Assembly (NCBI GenBank): GCA_964016885.1
Contig: OZ024740.1
Span: forward strand, 377,952,001-378,016,000
Source: Eledone cirrhosa
Taxonomy: Eukaryota
Length of the DNA stretch: 64,000 bases
Direction of reading: 5' to 3'
Both the position numbers and the translations under genes were made by a program. The notes below the pieces were generated by a model, which had not been told where the DNA came from, did not search any database, and saw nothing but the letters and a program-made list of their open reading frames with translations. Of this stretch, positions 23,101 through 32,625 are shown piece after piece; the stretch's first letter is position 1, and each line of letters begins with the position of its first letter.

Positions 23101-24459
23101 TTGTTATCGGTGAAGGAAAGACAAGATTCTAACTGGCTGCGATTGAAGTGTCCTTGACCCAGTTGACTGTGGGTTTTTCCATTGTTAGGATTTCAATTGC
23201 CGGTTAATGTCTAAACGCGCCTACACACCTGCAGTCAGACCATAGTTATGCTGTCTGCATGCTCATTCAAATGCATTCACACTGGCTGTCTCAAAGACAT
23301 ACAAATATGGCTTATAAAACTTACCAAAGTAAAGAGCCTTCCAGTGCACTCCAAAGCTCCAAATGCTCCCCTGGATTTCCGAAACGCCCCCTGGGGGTGC
23401 ATATGCCCCCCCATTGAGAACCTTTGATTTATAGTATAGTTTTTCCATTATGTAATGATTTTTTTTTTTTACCAATTTCCGACCATTTTGAAGGCCATAT
23501 TCATCAAAACACATCAAAAACAATAGGAAATATGAATTTCAAGTTGAAAGTGAAACTGGTGTAATATTTACCTCCATATAAAAAATATTTTAGCACGTCA
23601 TACACGTACAATTTTGGAGTTGGTGAAAATATCTTAAGATAAAATTTTTTGTCACTTCTCGGCTTATCATCATTTTACGTCCGCTTTTCCCTGCTTGCAA
23701 GGGTTTATATAGGAGTATATACAGTACCTTTTTATCTGTCAAGGCTTTTGTATTTTTCCCTTAATCCATAACTAAATTTGATAAAAATTCTTTGATTATA
23801 GAAATATATAGCCAACATAATAGGAATGGGTAGGCAATTGTTGATCAGAAACACAAAAATGTTCACTGTGCTTGATTTATAACCCTATTTACAAAAATGC
23901 ATGTATTATCTGCTTTGATGGATATCAGTATTTTAAATATTTTCACAGATGCCGGATGGATGCTGCGCAGTGTTTGGCTCATGCTTGGATAAGAGGGGAA
24001 CATGTACCACACCCAATAGAATCTAACCAAGAAGAGGAGGAAGAAGAAGAGGAGGAGGAGGAGGAAGAAGAGGTCAAAGAAACAGGAGAGAAGAAAGCTG
24101 AAGAAAATGAGACTAAAAATAGTAAAGATAAACAGAAAGAGGCAAGTCCTGTTACACAGAGTCAGTCTTCAGTAAAATGTGGACCTAGCTGTGATATGCC
24201 TGAACCAGTACAAACGACAGAAGACAACAAACATGAAGAAAAATGCTTGACAGGTAATAAAGGTGTTGAGAAAGATAATACTGACCTGCCTTTAGTACGT
24301 GAAACAGCACACGGAGATGTACTTAATAAACATGAGAAAAAAGCAGAAGGAAAAGTGAATTCCCCATCTAGTCCCCTTAATGGAGATTTCAGTGAAGAAG
24401 ATTCTGGTTGTGTAGACTCTATTAATAATAGTTTAACCTACTCTAATGTTTTGGACTGA
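10917..24459 (+). CDS. STK17: DRAK / STK17A-B-like Ser/Thr kinase (DAPK family); spliced CDS, 5'-partial, 5 exons in window
   Basis: Exons 10917-11129, 13559-13697, 15383-15558, 20313-20492 and 23949-24459 all have AG/GT boundaries with compatible phases (2,0,2,2). They give a continuous kinase domain: [50 protein letters not shown]. Confidence 0.95.
11411..12498 (+). mobile_element. CR1/L2-type LINE 3' fragment, interrupted by a SINE
   Basis: [14 protein letters not shown]...[13 protein letters not shown]...[15 protein letters not shown], followed by a 3' UTR with the agtgcacctgagcact stem-loop and a (TTA)n tail. Confidence 0.93.
12095..12424 (+). mobile_element. tRNA-derived CORE-like SINE with RTE-type tail (family B)
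   Basis: A-box tggcttagtgg, B-box gagttcaattc, CORE-like ccttgag(c)aagacac...tgctccagtttactcagctgtagaaatg, and tail ...cccacccttgcaagcagggaaaagtggacgtaaaatgatgatga. Near-identical copies at 14163, 30146 and 37395. Confidence 0.9.
12650..12852 (+). mobile_element. Short CR1/L2-type 3' end inside a piggyBac-like remnant (~12562-12980)
   Basis: atgcttcccgaaattc..caacactacacctga...gagttgtagtgcacctgagcactgtac matches the 3' end of the CR1 family. Confidence 0.8.
13559..13697 (+). CDS. STK17: DRAK/STK17 exon B (hinge to catalytic loop)
   Basis: ttacag|T TGT TCA GGT GGA GAA...GAT CTC AAG|gtaggt; (Y)[46 protein letters not shown]; 139 bp; absent from the ORF track. Confidence 0.95.
14163..14485 (+). 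mobile_element. SINE family B copy
   Basis: Near-identical to 12095-12424. Confidence 0.9.
14505..15254 (+). mobile_element. Helitron-like non-autonomous remnant with internal tandem units
   Basis: A unit containing ttt(c)ggctctagctcccacat repeats at ~14572, 14744, 14893 and 15071. The end reads actcatgcaacgctggatactgctgCTAG, resembling a Helitron 3' hairpin + CTAG. The 5' TC end was not identified. Confidence 0.45.
15383..15558 (+). CDS. STK17: DRAK/STK17 exon C (activation segment)
   Basis: ttacag|CCT CAG AAT...GAT ATG TG|gtaagt; [58 protein letters not shown](W); 176 bp. Confidence 0.95.
16208..19413 (+). mobile_element. RTE-clade LINE, 5'-truncated within the endonuclease, uninterrupted ORF to 18904, 3' UTR and (GAT)n tail
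   Basis: About 900 codons without a stop: [66 protein letters not shown]. The tail is (gat)n at ~19390-19413. Confidence 0.97.
19073..19303 (+). repeat. Tandem duplication (~114 bp) in the RTE 3' UTR
   Basis: acagtccacgctgta(a)atgtggccgtgtaggcaacacggtaaaaacctcccagccccacactgtaaatgtggttggtgttaggaagggcatcca occurs twice. The sister tail at 37700-37925 has one unit. Confidence 0.9.
20035..20242. mobile_element. piggyBac-like MITE (same family as 8745-8963)
   Basis: TTAA|CGCTTTAGCATTTA...TAAATGCTAAAGGG|TTAA; the internal sequence matches the 8.7-kb copy. Confidence 0.85.
20313..20492 (+). CDS. STK17: DRAK/STK17 exon D
   Basis: tttag|G AGT CTT GGT...GAT CCA AG|gtatgt; (W)[59 protein letters not shown](R); 180 bp. 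Confidence 0.95.
21545..22548 (-). pseudogene. Charlie/ZBED8/SCAND3-like hAT transposase fragments
   Basis: Frameshifted pieces include [40 protein letters not shown]...LQG, WVADPF and [16 protein letters not shown]...RNR...GDLRL. Confidence 0.88.
22549..22985. repeat. Minisatellite, ~39-40-bp unit, ~11 copies
   Basis: The unit gtggtcctagatgtgtgtattacctgcttatgtgttgtat is repeated in tandem inside the hAT element. Confidence 0.95.
23949..24459 (+). CDS. STK17: DRAK/STK17 last coding exon (kinase end + acidic disordered tail)
   Basis: ttcacag|A TGC CGG ATG...; (R)[14 protein letters not shown], poly-Glu, ...[19 protein letters not shown]; TGA at 24457-24459. Confidence 0.92.
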
Positions 24460-27239
24460 TTTTTTTTTGTCAGATATCTTGTTTTCTCTCACTGCCACTT
24501 CCTATTTTCACATCCCAAACCCACAATACCTTCCTTGTTTCAAGACCTATAAGCTTCCTAGGCTTTGGGTATTGTTGAAGAGATTCTATTGACATTGTAA
24601 TACAACTTTAGTCATATTTGTATGGCTGACATCAGTAATATATCTAAGAAAGAAAGTGATAATTTTGACCATAAAGAATGGATCTTATAATATTTCCATA
24701 ACATTACTCCCATCTTAGATTCTACTGACCAAAGCAATTGATTTGTGCATCTTCCACTATTTTATTACAGACAGTGCCATATCTTTTGTATAGATGGCAG
24801 GTAGGCTGGCAAATGGAGAACTGTTAAGTTATAAAATATATCTCCAAAGAAAAACAAATATTGTTGTGTAAATAGCTATATGGGGGGAAATATTGTCCCC
24901 TATGACTTTTTCTGAGGAAGAAAGTCACTGAAACCGTTAAGTGTTGTAAATATTGACTGAGTGTAGTAAAGAAATGTTTCTATCTAAGACTACACATTCC
25001 AGTTGCTCCTATAAATGATGAACATGGTGACTCTTCTAACTAGCTTTTTTTTTTTTTAAATGGAAATGAACATGGATAAGTATCAAGATAATACTTTCAG
25101 AAAGTATTTGTGCAAAAAAAAAAAAGAATGTAACAGTGGAAAAATATAATTTGTTTTAAAACTTTCAAGAGAAATATCATTGACTTTTTTGTTTGTTTGC
25201 TTGTTATTGTTTTGTTTGTTCAGAGATTTATCAAATTTTGTTTTGTTTTGTTTATTCTCTTGACCCCACTTCATTTCTTCAACATACTTGCATGCATACG
25301 ATACGTGTGTGCAGGTACATACATATATTTCATGATGCCAAAATGTTCCTTGTCTTCATTTCCAGATTAAATCTAGATATATTTTCTCAATATCTTTACA
25401 GGGTACACTTGAAAATAATGGTTGAGTGACATGTAAAAAAAAAAAACTTTTATAATGCTGGTATTTTTTTTTCTTTGATCAGAACTTATACATTTACATA
25501 AAAATGTTATTTAAATACATAACAAAATGGTAGTCAGTCTATTCTACAAGTTTTTTTTTCGTTTCTTTTTGTTTTATTTTCTTACTTTTAAAATCAATCT
25601 AGTTGGGTTACTTTAGTGATTCATTCAACAAGGAAAACTATCTAATACACTAACTGATATAAAAAATATTATTCTAGTTTAATAAAAAGAAAAATTTCTT
25701 TCTCAGTAACAAATGTCTAACAACTCACAGAATATTTCTTGCCAAATGCATTTTTACACACAAAGATTTCTGTCCATGGTAATATGGGCAATGTGCCTTG
25801 TACATAATCATTTGTCTTCACTCTCATATATTCCTATAAATTATGCACTAAAGTTCACTCAAATGTAAAGCCAGTGAAGGAGACAATAATTTACCCAAAT
25901 TTGTTTCTATTCTAATTTTTAAAAAGGTTAAACTAGAACAGACTAACTTGAACCATAACTACAATTAGTTTTTACCATAGTATCAAAATGATACTATGGT
26001 AAAGAATTAAGATAATTTTCTCATCCCTTTGCTTTCTCTCTCTCTCTCTCTTTCACTTACAAACACACACATTCTTAAACCAAATTATAATTGCTATATT
26101 CTACAGACCTGTCTTTAACAAAGAATTCATTCCAACTAAAATTTTAAAAGTGATATTAGAATTTTAGACACAAAAACCGATATTCCATACATACTTAGAT
26201 GTATGTTCCCCATACATTCTACTTTTCTCAGTTGTCATATAACCTGTAACTGATAGCTCAGGTTTTTCTGAGCAAGTATGTCTTCCAAATGTTTCCTTTT
26301 GAACATGGAATATGTATGAAAATAATTGTAATATTTGCATCAGCTTAGACTGTGGACGTTATTTTATAAAATCACACAAATAATCTACATTTGCAACTTC
26401 TTTATTTTGACATCAATGCCTTAATGAAATACATTCCTTTAGTCACTTTCAACACCATTCCTAATGCTATCAAATAATTATACAGATTCAGTATCTGATG
26501 AACACTTTTAGACATTCTCACAACACTCTAGGATTTGGTACTGTTGTACTTGACATCATAAATCCATCAGAATTTATATTACCCAATGTTATTGAATTAC
26601 ATAAATTTTATTTTACAAAATCATTTCATCTTAGTAAAGCCATCCCCCAACTCATGTTACAATTAGTGAAATTTTAAGTACCATCTTTTTGAGTATCTGG
26701 AAAAAATACTAGATTTGAATTCAGTTAATTTGATTTTTTTTTTTTTTTTTTTTTTTAAATAGTTCTATTTTATACTGTATTGACTAGATGTCTAGATGGT
26801 TGCTGTCAATCTCATATCATCTCAACTGGCAAGTTTAAGCTAAATTTGTCACTCTGCTCAAACTCTGCATTGTTAAAACTAGTGAACAATGAACTTAAGT
26901 AATATGTTGCTTGCTTTATAGTAGTTGGTTTTCCAAAAATACTATGTTAAAAATCTAGGGGTCAATTGAATCAGATTGATAAGTTGAGAAATCAACTTAT
27001 GATATGACAAGAAGATTTAAAGCTCAATGTATCTGTACAATTACAAATTAAAAAGAGCATATACATGACAAGTATAATTCATAAGGTAAAATCCAAAACA
27101 TTGAATGAAAGTAACTTCAGAAAGCATTAGTAGCTTAATATAATTTATCACACACACCACACACCACACACCACACACCACACACCTTTCATCCTTTTGA
27201 GGTTAAATAAAATGACTGTACAGAACTCTTACTTCTTGT

Positions 27240-27400
27240 AATGCAATGGCTGGTTCTTTATTTTATCGACTGACCTTGGAAAGATGAAAGACAAAGATGA
27301 CCTCAGTGGAATTTGAACTTAGTACGTAACAGACCATAACTATATGCTGCAAAGCATATTGTCCATCACTGTAATTATTCTGTCAAACCACCGCCCTCAA
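27240..27400 (-). mobile_element. Degenerate SINE family A
   Basis: ttattttatcgac...gatgaaagacaaagatgacctcagtggaatttgaactt...ccaccgccct matches the reverse complement of family A. Confidence 0.7.
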
Positions 27401-28673
27401 TAATAATATTAATCATTATATTTCTCAAACTGCATTTGATCTTATTTTTGCTTTTTAGTGTTTAGTGAAATATATATGCATCCACCCACTTAACTATGGT
27501 TTCAATTCAGTTAACTGTTTTTTTTTTTACCTCTTTAATAATTGGATTGGTTTTTAGTAAAAAAAAATTATAAAAACATCAGGAACATGACTAATTGAAA
27601 TTTTATGATTTCTATTTAATCTCTCTCTCTCTGGTGTGTTTTTTGTTTCCTTTTTTTTTTTCTAATGACAATATTCCTGACTAGGCTAATAGTGTATGAG
27701 AGGATATTATAGAGCATGGTTAGTTTCTGTTTTGAATATCTAAGTCTTTTGTTGTTTTAATAAGAAAGATTAATCACTTAGTGAAGAAAAGGATGGGGAA
27801 AGCTTATCTAGCAATATATCTACACTATGTGAGCTGTAAACCACATTTCCAATAACCAATGCAAATTATTCTCAAATTTGGAGACAATGTAATTGTTATA
27901 ATTGAAGTACGGTATAATTGAAAATTCTTTATTAACATTTACTTAATTATCTTCAAAGTTACAACCAATAAATTTTAAAATCTAACTAGTTGTTTAAAGT
28001 AAATTTTCATTGTCAGTTGGAAGTATTCTTTTGAGAAATGAAGCAGATTTTGATGTATTAAAATTTTCTCTTATTCCTATAACAGAAATTTTCAAAACCA
28101 TATATTGTGGCAATTGAACTACAACACCAGGCTTATATTTTCTTTACAAGTTAGCTAAGCACTCCTGAAACAAGAGATACCAACAGGAATGGAACTTTAT
28201 AGTCAATCATTTCTGCATGTGATCTCATGTCTATTTTTGCCAATATGGGTAATTATCATTTCACTTAATGCCTTGACTTTATATCTCCCTATTATGATAT
28301 ACAACATCAATTATTATTTTGAACAATTATTATCCTCATATTAAATATGACATCATCTTCTGGTTTAGTGCTTTGAAAGTATACTTGCTTACAATTTAAG
28401 TTCTATTGGAGCAAAATATTTTTTTCTGGATTCTCATAGAGATCATATTTTGTACTGAGGAATGATGTTTAGTTTCATTTCTTGTTAACTATATTTAAAT
28501 CACTCTTTGAGTCATTTTTATTTATAATGGGAATCATGATAGTCATTGTCTTAAGTCATGGAATCCTAATATATTACATCCTAAAATGTTTTACTATATA
28601 AAAGCTAATCAAGCTTGTATAATATCTATGAGAATATTATTATCCAAAATTCATTAAACTAAGGGAGTTTGAT

Positions 28674-29128
28674 TTACCATATTTACTTGTTTATAAACCG
28701 AGAAATATGTGACCAAAAATTGATGGTAAAATGGCAAATCTGTTTATATTTGAGGTCAATTTTTTGCCAATTTTCACCAACTTCAAAATTCTATATAAAT
28801 GAGGTGCTAAAATATTTTCACTTTGAAGGTGAATATTACACTGGTTTCACTTTCAGTGAGAAATTCATATTAACCTATTGCTTTTGATATGTTTTGAATG
28901 AATATGGTCTTCAAAACTGTCAGAAATTGGTAAAAAAAAATCATACTTTAAATGACACTTAAAACATTTTAATTATCAAAATATTAAAACTTCATAAATA
29001 TATTCTCCACTCATGAGAATTTCAAAACCACATCATCTAAATATAAGCCTCTTATAAATGAGGTTTGGATTTTTGCCTATTTCTCAGGCATAAAATAGGG
29101 GTCAGCTTATATATGAGTATATATGCTA
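28674..29128. mobile_element. Tc2-like MITE, uninterrupted copy
   Basis: Degenerate TIRs taccatatttacttgtttataa / ttatatatgagtatatatgcta (CCGTATATACTCG-type). Homologous to the 20631-23726 flanks and to 46368-46497. Confidence 0.75.
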
Positions 29129-30145
29129 TCATTTACTAATCTGAAGTGGTTAACAAATGTTTGTTGATTTGTAATTTCATTCTGGATTATAAAAACAGTA
29201 TATTATTAAGCAGTTTATCTTAGTAATTTATGTTTCAGTGGCAGGCTTTATGACATCAATACCTCACATCCATTGTGTATTTGGGGTGTACTACTTTGTT
29301 TTTTTTTTTTTAGTGTGGGGGGTGGGGGTCCAATTTGTAAAGTGCTTCTTGTCCCAAAAGAAATTTGCTCAATTCAGGGTATCTATGAGAAGAATAATCA
29401 TGTTACCTTTGTCTATTTAACGTTGGAAAGTTTAAATATTTGGAAATATTCCAGAATAGCTTATTTTAATATTTTTTCACTACTTAATCTGTCAGGCCAC
29501 AATTTTGATCCTCGCAACAAATGATACAAACTACATTGTTCATATCCAAGCAAAGGAGAGAATAATTGACAATTTGACTTTCTTTTAACACTTGAGCATG
29601 TTTTGACAGCAGTAGAGGCGGATGGAAAAGAAAGATAAAGTGCAGAGTGGAAAATGGCTTCATCTCTTAAACCAGCAACCTTATGCTCCAAATTTTGTTG
29701 TAATCTCTTTTTAAATCACAAAATTTTGAAACTTCACCCAGTGACCCTAATTTATATCTGTACATCTAAGTATTATATTCTGTTAACCTTACACTATACA
29801 TATTAGACAATTAGGTCACTGTATACAAGCCATCTTAAAAAATATATATATTTGTTGCTTTCATTAACCATGAAATATAATTTCTTTGTTCATAACCATA
29901 TTAAAATGTAACTTTCATAAACATGAGCTTGCAATTCAGCATTTATAATATAGTCTATTGTTTATTCTTTTTCATATGGAACACTTACCACATAAATTGA
30001 GTATAGCCTTTTGCTTAAAATTAACATGCTTTTATAGGTGGTCTATTTTCTTTCATATAGCAACTCATGCATGCACTCATGAAAATGAATCTCATTGCTA
30101 ATACCCTTATTTAGCCCTCATATGTTTTATATTCAAGTTCATTGA

Positions 30146-30455
30146 AGCACATGGCTTAGTGGTTAGAGCATTGGCCTTGCAATCAAAAGGTTGTAAGTTC
30201 AATTCTCAGACCGGGTGATGTGTTGTTTCCTTATTTCACATTGCTCCAGTTTACTCAGCTGTAGAAATGAGATGATAGGGACTGGGGTCCATATCATTCC
30301 ACTGCAAAGTGGTCGTGGAGGTGCCACGGCAAAAAAGCACCCAGCACTCACTGTAAATGAGGTTGGTGTTAGGAAGGGCATCCAGCTGTAGAAATCAAGC
30401 CAGAATCAGTTCCTGTCCCACCCTTGCAAGCAAGGAAAAAGCGGACGTAAAATGA
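30146..30455 (+). mobile_element. SINE family B copy
   Basis: Matches 12095-12424 with a short deletion in the CORE-like part. Confidence 0.9.
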
Positions 30456-30947
30456 AAAATGAAACTTCTGTGTACATCTTAAATGTATATACTTCTTGAA
30501 GTTTAAATATAAGGAATATTGATTGCATCTTGATAGACCAGTATATGAAACGTTTGTCACACACACACATAGATATATAGATATATTATCATCATCATCA
30601 TCACTGTTTAAAGTCAAATTTTCCATGCCAGCATGGGTTAGACGAGTTATCTCATTGTGAGACAAGCCAAATCAGAAGACTGTGTCTTGCTTATACAGAA
30701 CTGTTTCTGACTTGGTTTTGGGGGGTTGGATGCCCTTCTTAATGTCAACCACATTTACTGTGTGGACTGGGTGCATTTTGTCGTGACACCTACAGGATCA
30801 ATTTAGTGTGGGCTGGGCACTTTTTGTCGTGACACCTGCACAACCAATTTACAGAGTGGGCTGGGCGTTTTTATATATATATATAATCAGGATGAAACTA
30901 GTTAGACCATTATTCAATATAATACTTGGGATAGTAGAGTGTGACTA

Positions 30948-31055
30948 TATTAGAAAGAATCGGGGGTCTGACAGCTGAGCTCTTGCCATTTCGACAGCTA
31001 GTTCCAGACTTATACAAGTCTGGAACTAGCTGTCAGGCCCCGACTCTTTCCAATA
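30948..31055. repeat. Nested inverted repeat / long hairpin
   Basis: Perfect 19-bp stem 30993-31011 / 31016-31034 with an ATAC loop, inside an imperfect outer stem 30948-30976 / 31028-31055. Confidence 0.9.
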
Positions 31056-31549
31056 CATATATAATTGTGATTTTCAGAAGTCTAAAATTGTGGAATAGAT
31101 TTAATTTTTTTTATTTCAAATTTTGATAATACTTGTCTGTAGCAAAGCTGTAACGTGTCTAGAATGAAATGTTTATATCAAACATACAACAGTTCTTAAG
31201 ATGCAATGCAAGGCTAAAACCAATAGTAGTTGTATTTCTTTTTGAATGAATATTACTGCTAAACCTGATCAATTGTATTAAGTATAAACTTAAAGATATT
31301 AAATAATTAAAACTGATTTAGAAATAAAATTAATCTGGAAACTCACCCACTTCTTGATTGGGAAACAAATTAAATAATAGTTAAGTTAAATACCTATAGA
31401 TTTTCTCATCAAATTTCTTGTAATTGCATATAAATTGTATTGTTATTGTAATTGCATATAAATATTTGTAATACAAATTAAATTTGATCAGGATAGATTT
31501 ATTTTTCTGCTCTTATTACTTACTATCCTTATTCTATTTTATATTATAT

Positions 31550-31803
31550 ATGGACAAGTTGAGAGTGAAACTGTGTATAAGAGGAATAAACTGTAGTGTG
31601 CGGGAGAGAAAGCTGCATTGGTATGGCCATGTGATGTGCATAGATGACTGCTGGGTGAAGAAGTGCCAAGAAATCCGCAGTAGAGGAAGACCACGCAAAA
31701 CATGGGCAGAGGTGGTGAAAGCTGACCTCAGATCGCTGCTAAAGAGGACCAGTCCCACCTTTGCAAGCAAGCAAGGAAAGCGGACATAAAATGATGATGA
31801 TTA
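31550..31803 (+). mobile_element. RTE LINE 3' fragment
   Basis: VRERKLHWYGHVM...RGRPRKTWAEVVKADL, then cccaccttTgcaagc...aaagcggacataaaatgatgatga. Confidence 0.85.
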
Positions 31804-32214
31804 TTATTAGTCCTAAACATTTTCAATCACGAAATGATTGCATATGCATTCAAATAGCTTCTATGTAGTACATTTGATCTGGATCTCAATCAGTTCCGAC
31901 GATCAACAGAATTATCTACTCATTGAACTGTGTATTAGTTGAGTATTCAACAGACAAACATACCTTTAATTCAGTCCTGCAGCAGAATCATTGTGATGCT
32001 ATGTGACAATGCTAAACCATTGAATTACAGGTATAACCCAACCAATGGACTTTCAGTTTCCATTTATCTAATTTCACTCACAAGATTTTGGTCAACCTGA
32101 AGCTATGGTAAATAACAGTTGCCCCATTATGATTGGGAAGCCATTTTAAAGTGTTATACTGATTTTTAAAATCTTTCCTACCTTTTGGATAGCTTTCTAT
32201 TATTATACATAACA

Positions 32215-32625
32215 AAAGGGCAGTGGACAGCCTTTTATATTCTGAGTTCAAATCTCACCATGGTTAGCTTTGCCTTTCATCCTTACTGGGGTGATAAAAT
32301 AAAGTACCAGTAACACACTGGGGTTGATTTTAATTGACGTTCCTTTCTGCCGAAAATTGTTGGCCTTGTGCCTAAATCAAAAACTATTATTATACATAAT
32401 AAAAGGGCAGTAGATAGACAGAATCATTAGAGTGTCGAACAAAAGGATTTGCAGCATTTAATCAGAGCCCTTTATGTTCTGAGTTCAAATACCTCCAAGG
32501 TCAACTTTGCATTTCATCCTTTTAGGGTTGATAAAATAAATTACTAGTGATATACTGGAATCAATGTAATCATCATTCCCCTCACCACAAATGATTGGCC
32601 TTGTGCCTAAATTAGAAATCATTAT
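32215..32625 (+). mobile_element. Two tandem degenerate SINE family A copies
   Basis: ctgagttcaaat...ctttgcctttcatcc...gataaaataaa..acYag...ggccttgtgcctaaa occurs twice. Confidence 0.75.

Larger units (their letters stand above)
20844..23426 (-). mobile_element. hAT-Charlie DNA transposon, internally deleted, with transposase remnant
   Basis: TIRs CACAGGTTCTCAA / TTGAGAACCTTTG; 8-bp TSD atttagag / atttatag. Confidence 0.9.
20631..23726. mobile_element. Tc1/mariner (Tc2-like) non-autonomous element split by a hAT insertion
   Basis: Flanks 20631-20843 and 23427-23726 join to give the reverse complement of the element at 28674-29128. Degenerate TIRs tatatacttgaatacaag / ttatataggagtatatacagta. 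Confidence 0.75.

Noticed and set aside
23872-23948. 5' part of the 195-aa ORF
   Set aside because: Intronic; the exon starts after the acceptor at 23948.
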